NCBI GenBank assembly: GCA_963741205.1
Contig: CAVUHW010000020.1
Coordinates: 32,001-96,000 of the forward strand
DNA: 64,000 nt
Direction: 5' to 3'
Source: Nitrospirota bacterium
GTDB lineage: Bacteria; Nitrospirota; UBA9217
Shown: piece by piece, positions 21,661 to 32,855 of the stretch
Position numbering within the stretch: the first letter of the stretch is position 1
How the letters are laid out: every line of letters begins with the position of its first letter
The notes under the pieces: generated by a model
The model's input: only the letters and a program-made list of their open reading frames with translations
Told to the model about the DNA's origin: nothing
Database searches by the model: none
Translations under genes and position numbers: made by a program

Positions 21661-21806
21661 ATGGAAACACAAGCATGGGCATATTTTCTGTTCGGGCTCG
21701 CCCTGGTCGTGCTCTTCGTGATCATCATCGCGCATTATTATTCCAGGAAAGCGGCACAGAAAAGATCGAAGAAGCAAAGCATAAAATGCTGGATGATGAT
21801 GACTAG
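21661..21806 (+). CDS. ccoQ: cbb3 oxidase subunit CcoQ/FixQ-like
   Basis: METQAWAYFLFGLALVVLFVIIIAHYYSRK...IEEAKHKMLDDDD (one indel). Confidence 0.75.
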
Positions 21807-23037
21807 GAAGTTTCACAGGCTCAGGCGGCTAACCGGGGCTGTCCTCCTCTTAATCCTCATCGGTCTCCCCTTCCTTCGGGTAGACGGAGAGAGCGCATTC
21901 AGGTTCGATATCCCGTCGCTCCGTCTCCTGTTCTTCGGAACCGAGATCTGGATGGCAGACTTCTTCATCATCCTGATCGCGGTGATCTTCCTGACCTTTC
22001 TTACCCTCTTCACGACGACCGTCTTCGGAAGGATGTGGTGCGGATGGCTGTGCCCGCAGACGGTCCTGGTCGACGCCACAGCTTTCGTGGAAACGGCGCG
22101 GACAGCGGGGGCATGCGCGCCAGAGCCATTGCCGCCTCGCGCGGGCATGGTGGTAAGCGCGGTCATTGCCGCGAGCCTGATCGGATACTTTGTATCTCCC
22201 TATGATCTTCCCTCTACTGCTCCGGGCCGGCGGTCATCCGGCGAAGATCGTGGCCGGCTCCTGGCTGCCCTCACCGTAATCCTGTTCCTCGATCTTATCG
22301 CGCTGCGGAGACGGTTTTGCGCAACGGCCTGCCCTTACGCAAAACTGCAGAGCGTGCTGTTCGACGACAGGACGCTGGCGGTCGCGTTCGATCCCGACGC
22401 GCTCGAAGAGTGCATGCGGTGCGGCGCCTGCGTGAAGGCCTGCCCCGTCGGCATCGACATCAGGAAGGGTCTCAAATGGCCTGCATCCACTGCGCCGAGT
22501 GCGTGGACGCCTGCACGGAGCGAATGGCCGCGCATAACCGGAAGATCGCTGGTCAAGCTACATCTTCGGGCTGCCCGGGTGAACGAGGAACCGGGCGTCC
22601 GGCTGAATCCCCTGATCACCGGTGTCATGACCGTGCATTTCCCTCGTGTTCCTTCTCTATCTCTCAGCGTCGCGAGTGCCCTTTGACATGAACGTGCGCC
22701 TGAACTATACCGAAGCGCCGGAGATAAGGACGGACGGCAGTGTAACGAACATCCTATGAATTGTCGCATCAGAAACATGGGGAAGATCAGACCTGGAACT
22801 CGACTTGAGCGCGACCGCGTCGGCCGGCGATGGCCCGAATTTCCCCTGATACCGTGACTGCTCCGAAAAGGCGACGGACATCACGAGGGTGCCGTGTCGC
22901 GGTGACGCTCAGACAATCGTGTCAGGCCGGGATACAGCGTCCCCGTGACAGGTCACGCTGTAGCCGTCGCGATCGAAGAGAGATCAATAAGAGTATCGCA
23001 AGACGAGCGTATTTTATGATGCCGAAGAAGCAATTGA
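21799..23037 (+). CDS. ccoG: CcoG/FixG 4Fe-4S accessory protein (many indels)
   Basis: FGRMWCGWLCPQTV, FCATACPYAKLQSVLFD, CMRCGACVKACPVGIDIRKG, CIHCAECVDAC. Confidence 0.88.
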
Positions 23038-23050
23038 AAGAGGTTCGAAC

Positions 23051-23515
23051 ATGCGTTTATTGATTGTCATCCTGGTTCATCTGTGTGTATCTTGCGCTTG
23101 CCGCGACGATCGCGGTCGATAGTCGTCGGTTCACGGAGTTTCGAAGGCATCGTTGTCGAAAAACCTTATGAGACCGGACTGTCGTGGGACGAAACACGAG
23201 CGGACAAAAGCAGAGCCTGGGATGGAAGGTCGTCCGTGCAGGGAGCGACGTTCAAGAAGGCAGGAACGAACTGATCTTCACCATCCTCGACAAGAACGGT
23301 GCCTTGCTTGCCGATGCGGTCGCCAGCGTAACGATCAGCAGGCCGTCGACGCGGGCCTACGACAAGACCTATCCAGACCGACGCGAACAGGACGGCCGTT
23401 ACCATGCGGTCATCGAACTCCCGCTCTACGGAAACTGGGACCTAACCATAGATGTCGGTCCGCAATAATGACCGACGCAGTTTCAAGAATGCAATTTTTG
23501 CGGAACAGAGCGTGA
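23051..23515 (+). CDS. FixH/CcoH-like (YtkA-like) protein (frameshifted)
   Basis: TM helix then GIVVEKPYETGLSWD, ISRPST, GRYHAVIELPLYGNWDL. Confidence 0.72.
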
Positions 23516-23516
23516 A

Positions 23517-23989
23517 ATGAAACCATTCGTACAGCAAGTCCGGCGCTGCTCAGGTGATCTTCCTTGGGATTGTCACTGATGGTCGCGGCTGTCAATGCCG
23601 CCGCTGCCGGACTGATGCCGACGCAGAAACTGACTGCGATATCCAGCATGGCACCTGCGTCCGGGAAACCGGCGACGGAATGACGGTCGAATTCGATATT
23701 CAGCCTAAGCCGGTGGCCGCCATGTCGGAGCTCATGTTCACCGTCACGCTCACCCGGGGCGGAAAGCCCGTTAGCGGAGGCATCCTCGGTCGTACTCGAT
23801 CTCTCCATGCCCGGCATGTTCATGGGAAAGAACCGGCCGGCCCTGAAGAAGGTAAGCGATGGACGATATGAAGGCAAAGGCGTCATCACGCGGTGTCCCA
23901 GCGGGAATAAAGACCTGGCAGAGCTGAAGTCATCGTCGAACACGACGGGAAAACTGACTGTCGCTGATTTTGTGTTCGAGGTGAAATAA
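23517..23989 (+). CDS. Periplasmic YtkA-like protein (frameshifted)
   Basis: DCDIQHGTC, FDIQPKPV, DLSMPGMFMGKNRP, GRYEGKGVITRC. Confidence 0.65.
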
Positions 23990-23990
23990 C

Positions 23991-24671
23991 GTGGAGACGG
24001 GCTATCTCCTGGCGCTTACGACAGGCATCCTCGGAGGATTCGGTCACTGTATCGGCATGTGCGGGCCGCTCGTGGCGTCCTATGCGCTTGCATCGCCGTC
24101 CGGGCACCGCGCCCTTGCCTGCCCGTCTCGCCCCTCACCTCCTCTATAACACGGGCCGCATAACCACCTACGGGCTCATGGGCGGCGTCATGGGGCTGTC
24201 GGGTTCGTTCGTTAATGTCGCCGGCAGACTCGCCGGCATCCAGAACATCGTCGCCGTGATCGCCGGCGTCATCATGATCGTCATGGGCTTAGGCATCGCC
24301 GGCATACTCGGCCAGAACGGCATGGATCGAAAAACATAATATCTTCGTCCTTCGGACGGCCCGCCGTATTATCGCATCGCCTTCAGCGTTCCGGTTCTAT
24401 CCCTTGGGCCTTCTTCTCGGTCTGCTCCCCTGCGGGCTTTCCTACACTGTCTTCATTGCGTCCGCCGGGACCGGCGGAATGTTGCCCGGCGCTCTGACCG
24501 CTCTCTTGTTCGGAGCTCGGCACGCTGCCGGCGCTCCTCCTCTTCGGGACCGTTATCTCGTCGCTCACCGCGTCTCTTCGCGGCAGGATCTACAGGGCCG
24601 GCGGAGTGATCGTCATCATCATGGGGATCTATTTTCTCCTCAAGGGAATGAAGCTCTATGCCGGTCTGTGA
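23991..24671 (+). CDS. DsbD_2/TauE-like membrane protein of cbb3 maturation (frameshifted)
   Basis: GFGHCIGMCGPLV, LLYNTGRITTY, GLLPCGLSY. Confidence 0.85.
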
Positions 24672-27119
24672 TCATTGCATGCTCGAGGTCTCCGAGCGCG
24701 ACGCGGTTTACGGCGAGATCGGCGGCCAAAAAAAGGTCTTCTGCTGCCACGGATGCAGCGGGATCTACCGCCTCATTCACAGATGAAGGCCTCGATGATT
24801 TCTACGCGCAGCGGCGTGAGTGGACGCCCGGCCCGGCGGAAGACAAGGCAGTAGACGTTTCTGCTTTCCTTGACGGACTGCGTCCCGCGGGAAACGAGAT
24901 CGAGACGGACGTGATCGTCGACGGCATCCGGTGCGCGTCCTGCGTCTGGCTGAATGAAAAGATCCTGCTCCGGACAAAGGGCGTTTCCTCCGCCAACGTG
25001 AATTACGCCACGCACCGGGCCAGGATCCGCTGGGACCCCGCGAGAGATCGACATCGGCACGATCCTTTCCCGCATCAAGTCCATCGGCTATACTCCCAAA
25101 CCCTTCCTGTCCGGGGCATGGGAGGACGACCAGAACCGGCAGTCCCGCGACCTGCTCGTCCGCTTCGGCACCGCGGCCTTCTTCTCCATGCAGCTCATGC
25201 TCTTTTCCATCGCCCTGTATGCGGGATATTTTCAGGGGATCGACGAGAAGATAAAGTCAATTTTTCATGTGATATCGTTCGCGCTCACGACACCGGTCCT
25301 GTTCTATTCGGGCTGGCCGATCATCAAGGGATCTTTCCGGGGCCTCAAGAACCGCACGTTCAACATGGACGTCCTGATCGCGGCAGGCGCCCTTTCCGCT
25401 TACGGGTACAGCATTCTTCAGATGATGACAGGCGGCGAGGTCTATTTCGACACCGCGGCCATGATCATCACGCTCATCCTGCTCGGCAGATACATCGAGT
25501 CGGGCGCCAGGAGAAAGGCGTCGGAGACCATCACGCGGCTGATGCAGCTCGGCCCCAGGGAGGCCCGGAAACTGGACAATATCGCCGATCAGGCCTTATC
25601 CCGCGACTCGCTCGACAAGGCCGCCAGGCAGATGGTCCCCGTATCGTCGCTCCGTCCGGGAGACCTGCTCGAAGTCGTCCCCGGCGAAAAAATCCCCGTT
25701 GACGGCTTCCTTGTTGACGGGTCCTCGGAGACAGATGAATCCATGCTTACGGGCGAGTCAAAGCCCTCGCGCAAAGACCGATCGGAGCCGAGGTATTCGG
25801 CGGCACGCTCAATCTTTACGGCAGCTTTGTCTTTCGCGTGTCCAAAACCGGCAAGGAAACGGTACTGGCGCAGATCATCCGGGCCGTTGAGGACGCCCAG
25901 GCGCGACGGGCCCCGATCCAGTCGTTGGCCGACCGCGTTGTCGGCTATTTCGTTCCCGCGGTCCTTCTCATCGCCCTGCTGACGTTCCTGGGATGGCTGT
26001 ACCACGGAGCGCCGGTTTCTCGGGCCGTCATGAACGCGGTCTCGGTCATGGTCATCGCCTGCCCCTGCGCCCTGGGACTCGCCACACCGCTCGCCATCCT
26101 GATCGGCACATCGAACGGCGCTTCACGGGGCATCCTCATAAAAGGCGGGGATGTGATCGAGAAGACGGCATCCGTTGATTTTGTCGTCCTGGACAAAACG
26201 GGCACCGTCACCGAAGGGAAACCAGCGCTCATCAAATCGTTCGGCGTGGGAATGCCGGACAGCGAAGCCTTCAGGCTTGCGGGGTCTCTGGAACAGAAGT
26301 CCAGAACATTCCCTGGGAAGGGCGATTGCCGACGCCGCGCAAGGGCTCGCTCCTTTCGAGGTCCTTGATTTCTCCGCGATGCCGGGCAGAGGCGTCAAGG
26401 GCATGATCCAGGGGAAAGCCGCGCTTATCGGCAGCAGGGAGTTCATCGAAAACGAGGGCATGAGAGGCGACGGTAAACGCCGGACTCGATGCCGGGCAGC
26501 GAGCTGAACTTTCGCAGAGCGCGGAAATCGGAGCGACGGTCGTTTTCCTGTGTTACGACGGACGTCTCCGCGGCGTCTTCGTGGTTTCCGATAAGGTAAG
26601 GAAGGAAGCGGCAGAGGCCGTTGGTATGCTCAAGAATGCGGGGACTCGGCGTTTCCCTGGTGACGGGAGACAATCTGAATACCGCGAACGCCGTGGCAGC
26701 GACTGCAGGGATCGAAGACGGTGAAAGCGCAGGTATCGCCCCTGCAAAAGGCCGGGGAAATCGAGCAGCTTGAAAATAAGGGACGCCGCGTTCTCATGGC
26801 GGGCGACGGGATCAACGACGCACCCGCGCTCGTTCGGGCCACGGTCGGCGTTGCCATGGGCAGGGCCACGGACATCACCCTCGAGAGCGCCGACATCGTC
26901 ATCATGCGGCCCGACCTGAGGCTCATCCCGGACGCCGTAGCGCTCGCGAAAAAGACCTTCAGGGTCATCAGGCAGAACATCTTCTGGGCGTTCTTTTACA
27001 ACCTCGTGGTCGTCCCCCTGGCGATCCTGGGCGTCCTTCATCCCATCGTGGCGGCGGGCGCCATGGCGTTCAGCTCGCTCACCGTGGTCGGCAATTCTCT
27101 GCGCGCGAGGTTACGCTGA
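24658..27119 (+). CDS. ccoI: Copper P1B-type ATPase CcoI/FixI (frameshifted)
   Basis: CDHC, FCCHGC, CASC HMA, GEKIPVDG, ESMLTGES, CPCALGLATP, DKTGT, TGD, GDGINDAPAL. Confidence 0.93.
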
Positions 27120-27397
27120 TGGGGAGCGTGCTCCTTCTGATATTCCTCATGCTCTGCGCGGGGTTTGCGGGATGGCTGTTCTTCCTCTGGGCGGTCAAGA
27201 GCGGGCAGTACGACGACATTGAAGGGCCGAAGTACCGGATGATGGATGATGAGGAAGAGGACAAGGGGCACAGTGAAGAGAATGAAGGGAAAAAAGAAAA
27301 AGTGACAAAACAGAGCTCAATCTTTTTAACGGACGTCGACAATGATGGTTTGGATGCTCCTTTTTTAAACTACGGATCACTGCAACATACGAGCTGA
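27119..27397 (+). CDS. ccoS: cbb3 assembly protein CcoS/FixS
   Basis: FLWAVKSGQYDDIEGPKYRM; the C-terminal length may be inflated by an indel. Confidence 0.88.
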   Translation: MGSVLLLIFLMLCAGFAGWLFFLWAVKSGQYDDIEGPKYRMMDDEEEDKGHSEENEGKKEKVTKQSSIFLTDVDNDGLDAPFLNYGSLQHTS

Positions 27398-27416
27398 ACT
27401 CAGCTCAAGACGAGCT

Positions 27417-27605
27417 TCACTTCGGCCCGCAGGCTAGAGAGCAGCTCCTGGCCGCGGCCTGTTGCTCGTCTTCCGGCAAATGGCACTTCTTGTACTTCCT
27501 GCCGCTCCCGCACCAGCACTCGTCGTTCCTGCCCGGTTTTTCCGTGGGCGCGTCTGTCGTCCCGGTGCTTTTAAAGACGCTCAGTACCCTTTCAATCAAA
27601 CCCAT
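27417..27605 (-). CDS. Small SEC-C motif protein
   Basis: PGRNDECWCGSGRKYKKCH. Confidence 0.8.
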   Translation of the reverse strand: MGLIERVLSVFKSTGTTDAPTEKPGRNDECWCGSGRKYKKCHLPEDEQQAAARSCSLACGPK

Positions 27606-27711
27606 TTTACCTCCGTGCCGATACTGCGATGAATTATTCTGACCACGAAAACGTATAATACCACAAAGGTGCAGGTCCCGGTCCCGCGGTCATGGATGGC
27701 GCCGGTTTCCT

Positions 27712-28944
27712 TCATGTTGAACAGATCCTCGTAATATTCCGCTCCGCCTTGGGAACGACCACGATGCCGCTCCCGTCGAAATGGTACGCGCTCTCGCGCC
27801 GGTCCGCTTCGGCATCGAAGCCGATCGACGTGCCTTCGGCGATCACGTTGAACTTGTCCACGATCACCCTCTTCAGACGGCACCCTTTTTTGATTACCGT
27901 GTGGTCCATGATGATGCTTTCCTCGACAATCGCGGCGTCCTCGATCACGACGTCGCTGCGAATTATGGAATTAACGATTTTTGCATTCCTGATGATTGCG
28001 CCTTCCGAGATAACGCTGTTTTCGATCTCCGCCTTCAGGATGCTGGCCGCCGGCCCCTCATACCGGGCTGGATGGATAGGCCATTGCTTGTTGTGCAGGT
28101 CGAAGACGGGCATTTCTCCCAGCATGTCCATGTGGGCCTCGAAAAACGCCTGGATGGTCCCCACGTCCCGCCAGTACCCTTGTTCTTCGAAGGGTTTCGT
28201 TCCCGGTACCACGTTCGTTGCGAAGTCGTAGGCAAAGACCTTCCCCGAACCGATCAGCGACGGAAGGATATGCTTGCCGAAATCATGCTGGTTGTCGGCG
28301 CCGCATTGCAGCGCTTCGAGTAGGACTTCCCTGCTGAAGAGATAATTGCCCATGGATACCAATGCGCGGTCCGGCGCCCCCGGCATCGGCGCCGGGTCCT
28401 TCGGCTTTTCCTGGAACCCGGTGATGCGGCCGTCCCTGTCCGTTGCGATTACGCCGAAGGCCGATGCCTCGCCAAGCGGCACGGGGCGCGCGGCGACCGT
28501 AACATCGGCGCCCTTTTCCAGATGAAAATCGATCATCTGCCGGATGTCCATGCGGTAGATATGGTCCGCGCCAAACACGACGATGATCTCGGGTTGGTGG
28601 TCATGGATCAGATTGATGTTCTGATACACGGCGTCGGCCGTGCCCTGGAACCACTCCGGCCCCATCTTCATCTGAGGAGGGACCACGGCGACAAAGTGTT
28701 CTCTGATGAGCGGAGAAAGCACCCAGTTCTGGCGCACATGCTCGATCAGGGACTGGGATTTGTACTGCACCAGCAGGTAAATGGAGTAGATATGGGAGTT
28801 CAGGAGATTGCTCAGCACGAAGTCCACGATGCGGTACCGACCGCCGAAGGGCACCGAGGGCTTCGTCCGCATGTCCGTGAGCGGCGAGAGCCGCTCGCCC
28901 CTGCCGCCGGCGAGTACGAAAGCCAGTATTTTTGGATGTGCCAT
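27712..28944 (-). CDS. glgC: Glucose-1-phosphate adenylyltransferase
   Basis: LAGGRGERLSPLT..RTKPSVPFGG, GTADAV, ADHIYRMD, FQEKP, YWRDVGT. Confidence 0.96.
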   Translation of the reverse strand: MAHPKILAFVLAGGRGERLSPLTDMRTKPSVPFGGRYRIVDFVLSNLLNSHIYSIYLLVQYKSQSLIEHVRQNWVLSPLIREHFVAVVPPQMKMGPEWFQGTADAVYQNINLIHDHQPEIIVVFGADHIYRMDIRQMIDFHLEKGADVTVAARPVPLGEASAFGVIATDRDGRITGFQEKPKDPAPMPGAPDRALVSMGNYLFSREVLLEALQCGADNQHDFGKHILPSLIGSGKVFAYDFATNVVPGTKPFEEQGYWRDVGTIQAFFEAHMDMLGEMPVFDLHNKQWPIHPARYEGPAASILKAEIENSVISEGAIIRNAKIVNSIIRSDVVIEDAAIVEESIIMDHTVIKKGCRLKRVIVDKFNVIAEGTSIGFDAEADRRESAYHFDGSGIVVVPKAERNITRICST

Positions 28945-29202
28945 GGAAAGCCTCCTCGGGCTGAGCGAAAAGCGAATAGGACGGTATGCCCACTGGATAT
29001 TAATTGGGTGTCTTGATGAATTCCGGTTGAGCTATTGGTATTTCGAGGACCCGCAATCGTATCAACTCCAGGATGATCCTTTGCCAAAGCATCATATCAT
29101 AACTCGCTATTTTCATACAGTATCTTGTGCATGCTCTCATTAATATTCGCTGAATTCACGCTTTCACTTGGAAGGCAGATAACGGCAAGACCTGGACCAT
29201 GC

Positions 29203-29234
29203 AAAAAACCCTGAGTCAATTATCTACTCAGGGC
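29203..29234 (-). terminator. Intrinsic terminator
   Basis: CCCTGAGT-N9-ACTCAGGG followed by T6 on the minus strand. Confidence 0.7.
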
Positions 29235-29262
29235 TTCATGGATGAATGCTATAGAAACAACC

Positions 29263-29643
29263 TCAGCACAGTACACATTCTTGATACCACAAGCAATTCA
29301 GCTGACCGCAGGTCCGAACTTGAACCGTCATAAAGCAATCACTATACCCCTCGGCTCTCTGGATTGCTCTTACAAGCTCGATTCTATCCAAATCCTCTGG
29401 ATCAATCCCCATCTTTTCCGCAATGTCTATGATGTCCTTAAGCATCATTTTTTTAGTGTACTCTTCCGTCTTTTTTGCAAGTTCGCAGATGGCTTCAGCC
29501 TTCTCAGGCTTAATTGCCTTCTTTTTCGCGGCAACTTTGTCGGAGGACACTTCCACCTTTTTGGCAGCTTTTTTAATGTCTATAATCTTATCGGTTTTGG
29601 TTGCTTTCTTTTTTGCAGCGTCTTTAATGCTCTTAACCTTCAT
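29263..29643 (-). CDS. SAP/Rho-N-like Cys-rich protein with Lys/Ala-rich N-terminal tail
   Basis: GGAGG RBS; AAKKKATK repeats, then IAEKMGI...ELVRAIQRAEGYSDCF...CGQLNCLWYQEC. Confidence 0.78.
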   Translation of the reverse strand: MKVKSIKDAAKKKATKTDKIIDIKKAAKKVEVSSDKVAAKKKAIKPEKAEAICELAKKTEEYTKKMMLKDIIDIAEKMGIDPEDLDRIELVRAIQRAEGYSDCFMTVQVRTCGQLNCLWYQECVLC

Positions 29644-30035
29644 TGTTCCTCCCTCAATATACTGGAATTTACAAACACTATTAATTATATCACAATAAGA
29701 AAAGCTTCGCGGATAGAAGCTGCGAATTTCATACCTTGACGATAAGGATTTCATCTGCTATGTTTTGACTAAGGTTAGATACAATATTGGAAGGGATGGG
29801 AGATAACAGAAGCTAACACAAATACCTTGGATTTTGAGCCAGAGGCAACATCTTTTAACTAGCCTAACGCAAGATGCAGTGTGCAAGCCCTCAAATGCAA
29901 CAAAGAGGGAAGTCTAAACACTTGCTGTGGCAGACAAAAAAGTTAAAACAAGCCTCAGATACTCAAAACCCAAGGTATTTTTTATGACCTGCCGCAGCAT
30001 TTCAACCAAACGAGCCGCGCATACTGAGAGTTCTT

Positions 30036-30256
30036 TCAATTCATCACTAAATAACTCAACGCCGTCTGCCTCTTCCTATTGTCGATCATTTTCACAGCCA
30101 TTGACAATGCCTTCCTGCTCCCGAAAAAAACACATAGCTGTTTAGCTCTGGTCAATCCCGCATAGATGATATTTCTGAACAGCAGCTTATAATGCTGAGT
30201 GGCAACGGGAATGATAAAGGCATCGAATGGTTGCCCTGGATTTTAAAAATGGTAAT
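30036..30256 (-). pseudogene. RecD2/TraA-like SF1B helicase C-terminal relic
   Basis: ITIFKIQG./FDAFIIPVATQHYKLLFRNIIYAGLTRAKQLCVFFGSRKALSMAV...RQTAL matches motifs V-VI (TIHKSQGSEF...YTGLTRAK). Confidence 0.75.
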
Positions 30257-30318
30257 ATCTTGACATTACTCGACATAATCCTGTAATCTACAATCGTAGA
30301 ATTCCCTAATAGGAGACA

Positions 30319-30687
30319 ATGCTTGTGGTCATTAATAACTTGACCCAAAAATCTGCGTCATATCGTTTCCTGATTAAGCTTGAGACTGATGTACAGCACA
30401 TTTGTAAGATGAAATCAACCGAATGGGAAAATGCTTTAAGTTGCGGGGCGTTCATTCTTGAATTGAAGGACAGCATTAATGGATTTTTATCGAAAGACTT
30501 AAAAGCCTGTACAAAGAGTGAGAAAACGATTATAAAGGATTGCCTTGTTGAGATTCGCAAGATATTGCGATTGATTCAGCTCTCCTACAGGACAAAAGTT
30601 TCTTCCCTTACGATACATAGCATGGTTTCGGACATGCGGAACTACATCCATGACGCTCGTATCAACCTTGGGAAAGTTTTATTGTGA
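30319..30687 (+). CDS. Hypothetical protein (AT-rich, helical)
   Basis: AGGAG RBS before ATG; 122 aa; no recognised motif. Confidence 0.5.
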   Translation: MLVVINNLTQKSASYRFLIKLETDVQHICKMKSTEWENALSCGAFILELKDSINGFLSKDLKACTKSEKTIIKDCLVEIRKILRLIQLSYRTKVSSLTIHSMVSDMRNYIHDARINLGKVLL

Positions 30688-30863
30688 TAAACAGTTAAGG
30701 ATACACGCCGTTGACCTGTTCCATACCTCCTCACCATAGTCCACCCCAGGGATATTATACGTTCAATACTGCGAATAACGCAAAACCGAATCTGCGCCCT
30801 CGAGAGGTCCCTCGGCTACGGACAACACATCAGTGTCGCCCATAATCGGTTAACCCACACCCT

Positions 30864-31580
30864 TTAGCGGAGTCTGCCACCTCCGTCCACGTCCAGGATA
30901 GCGCCGGTGGTAAATCTGTTGGAGAGGAGGTAACGCGCGGCTTGTGCAAGTTCGTCCGGTTGTCCCACTCGGCCTACTGGGAGGTTGCCTCCCATTTGCT
31001 TGAAGAACGCCTTTTTCTCTTCAGTTGACATCCAGTTGTATGCCGGGGTATCCACCAAACCAGGCGAGAGGATATTGACACGGATTGGCGCAAGCTCCTT
31101 TGCCAAAGTCAAAGCCATGCACATGATCGCTCCATTTACTGACGCGACGCCTGCCGTACCCGGAATTGCAGAGCGGGCCGCTCCGCCGATGGTGAAGAGG
31201 ATTGAACCTTCCTTGCGGATGTACGGTGCACCATATTTGGCGCACAGAAAATATCCCCAAAACTTCGTCTTGAATGCGCTCTCGAGAACGCTCGATTGGA
31301 TATCCGATAGTTTGCCCCAAGCGGGCAGCCCCGCAGCCATCAACACAAGGTGGTCGAAAGCACCCAGCGAGCTGAAAAACTCCCGCACGGCGTCTTCTTT
31401 CGAAAAATCAAGCTGTCTAGCCTCTGATTTACCACCAATTACTGGAAGTGCCCCGTCGAGCTTGTCGCGTGAGCGAGATGCAATAACAACTTGCGCTCCT
31501 TCCGTGGAGAGAAGTTTGGCGGTTTCTAAACCCATTCCCGAGCTTCCCCCTATTACGACGACTCTGCGGTCTTTCAGCAT
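30864..31580 (-). CDS. SDR family oxidoreductase
   Basis: VIGGSSGMG, KFWG, IRVNILSPGLVDT, LDVDGG. Confidence 0.93.
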   Translation of the reverse strand: MLKDRRVVVIGGSSGMGLETAKLLSTEGAQVVIASRSRDKLDGALPVIGGKSEARQLDFSKEDAVREFFSSLGAFDHLVLMAAGLPAWGKLSDIQSSVLESAFKTKFWGYFLCAKYGAPYIRKEGSILFTIGGAARSAIPGTAGVASVNGAIMCMALTLAKELAPIRVNILSPGLVDTPAYNWMSTEEKKAFFKQMGGNLPVGRVGQPDELAQAARYLLSNRFTTGAILDVDGGGRLR

Positions 31581-31791
31581 ACTTTCTCCTTGTTTCGCCA
31601 TCGTGGATTGAGGGTTAATCAGCAGCGCTGTCTACCGGGGCTCCTTCACCGACCCTGGCAATCCGAGCAGCGCCTACTGGGGAGGAATGCCATTTTTTTG
31701 GCAGGACTAAAGAATGCCGATAGTATCTCGGCTCGTCGTCTTGCCCATCATTCTTCTTCCCCCGATGAACAAGAGGCACATAACATCCCTA

Positions 31792-32271
31792 TTATTTCTC
31801 CAGCTCCTTCATTGAATCCAGCATAAGTTTCTTGCCCTGAATCATCTTACTGACCAAGCACAGGTCTTCCGGGTGCAACCTGAACCATTCGATCATATCG
31901 GTTATTTCAAGGATCGGTGTTGCGCACACTGCCGGAGGACCCTCTTTGACTGGCGCAGCTTTTACAGGCTCTTCTTTAAAGAGTTCTTCCTGGGCGGACT
32001 CAAGTGAGGGCTCGTGACCGGACAACATCCACTCAAGGCTGAGATGGTGCTTCAAGCAAATATTATAAAGCAACTCGGCAGTCGGCCGGACTTCACCTCG
32101 CTCGATCTTGCTGACCTCAGCCCGCGTTATGCCGAATTGTTTCGCGAAGTCTGCCTGAGTAGCAGTACCCCGAACGTGCTTAATTTTGGACCCAAGCGCC
32201 TTATAGTCGATCGCAATATATTCTCCAGTCAAAGCGTTCGGCCCAATAGCTCCTTTATCGTCTGTTGACAT
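31792..32271 (-). CDS. XRE-family HTH regulator
   Basis: TQADFAKQFGITRAEVSKIERGEVRP...SLEWMLSG; upstream palindrome TGCGAA-N10-TTCGCA near 32303-32324. Confidence 0.85.
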   Translation of the reverse strand: MSTDDKGAIGPNALTGEYIAIDYKALGSKIKHVRGTATQADFAKQFGITRAEVSKIERGEVRPTAELLYNICLKHHLSLEWMLSGHEPSLESAQEELFKEEPVKAAPVKEGPPAVCATPILEITDMIEWFRLHPEDLCLVSKMIQGKKLMLDSMKELEK

Positions 32272-32786
32272 AGCATACCTCCTGTTAATTATAATACCGG
32301 AATGCGAATTCTGATATTTTCGCAATACATTATTGATCCACCGTATAAAGTATCTTGAATGAATATATGCTTGATACCCCGAGTTGTCAACGATTCCGAT
32401 TGTATATGCCCGATTGGGTAGGTCGTGTGTTAAAAGATGGGTAGCTATGCTGCAGAATACTGTATGTACATTGCAGTGTTACGAAAAAAGTAACTACGTG
32501 AGCTTCAGGGTGATCCTGTTGGCAGACGATCTGCCCTACCTTGAAGCTTTCCGTAATGGTTTCTAATGCTTAGTGCTATTAATTGTCACAATGTGTTGGA
32601 ATGATAAACCGTGCGAATGTGTCGTCTAAGGTTCACAAACTGAAAGGATTCGTCGGAATACGTGGCAGATTTGCCGGATTGAGTGGTGGTTTTCGTCGGG
32701 ATAGGTGGAAAGATTCACCGGAATCAGAACCGATACTGCCATATATCGAGTTCAACATAACGAATGTTCGGTATGACGGACTTTCC

Positions 32787-32804
32787 TTGTGATCTATATC
32801 ATAC
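32787..32804 (+). promoter_or_regulatory. Crp/Fnr site 4
   Basis: TTGTGA-TCTATA-TCATAC; TATCAT at 32826 (39 nt offset). Confidence 0.7.
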
Positions 32805-32855
32805 CCTGCCCCCGGTATTGTGGAGTATCATTCCGAAAAGAAGGAGAAGAAAACG

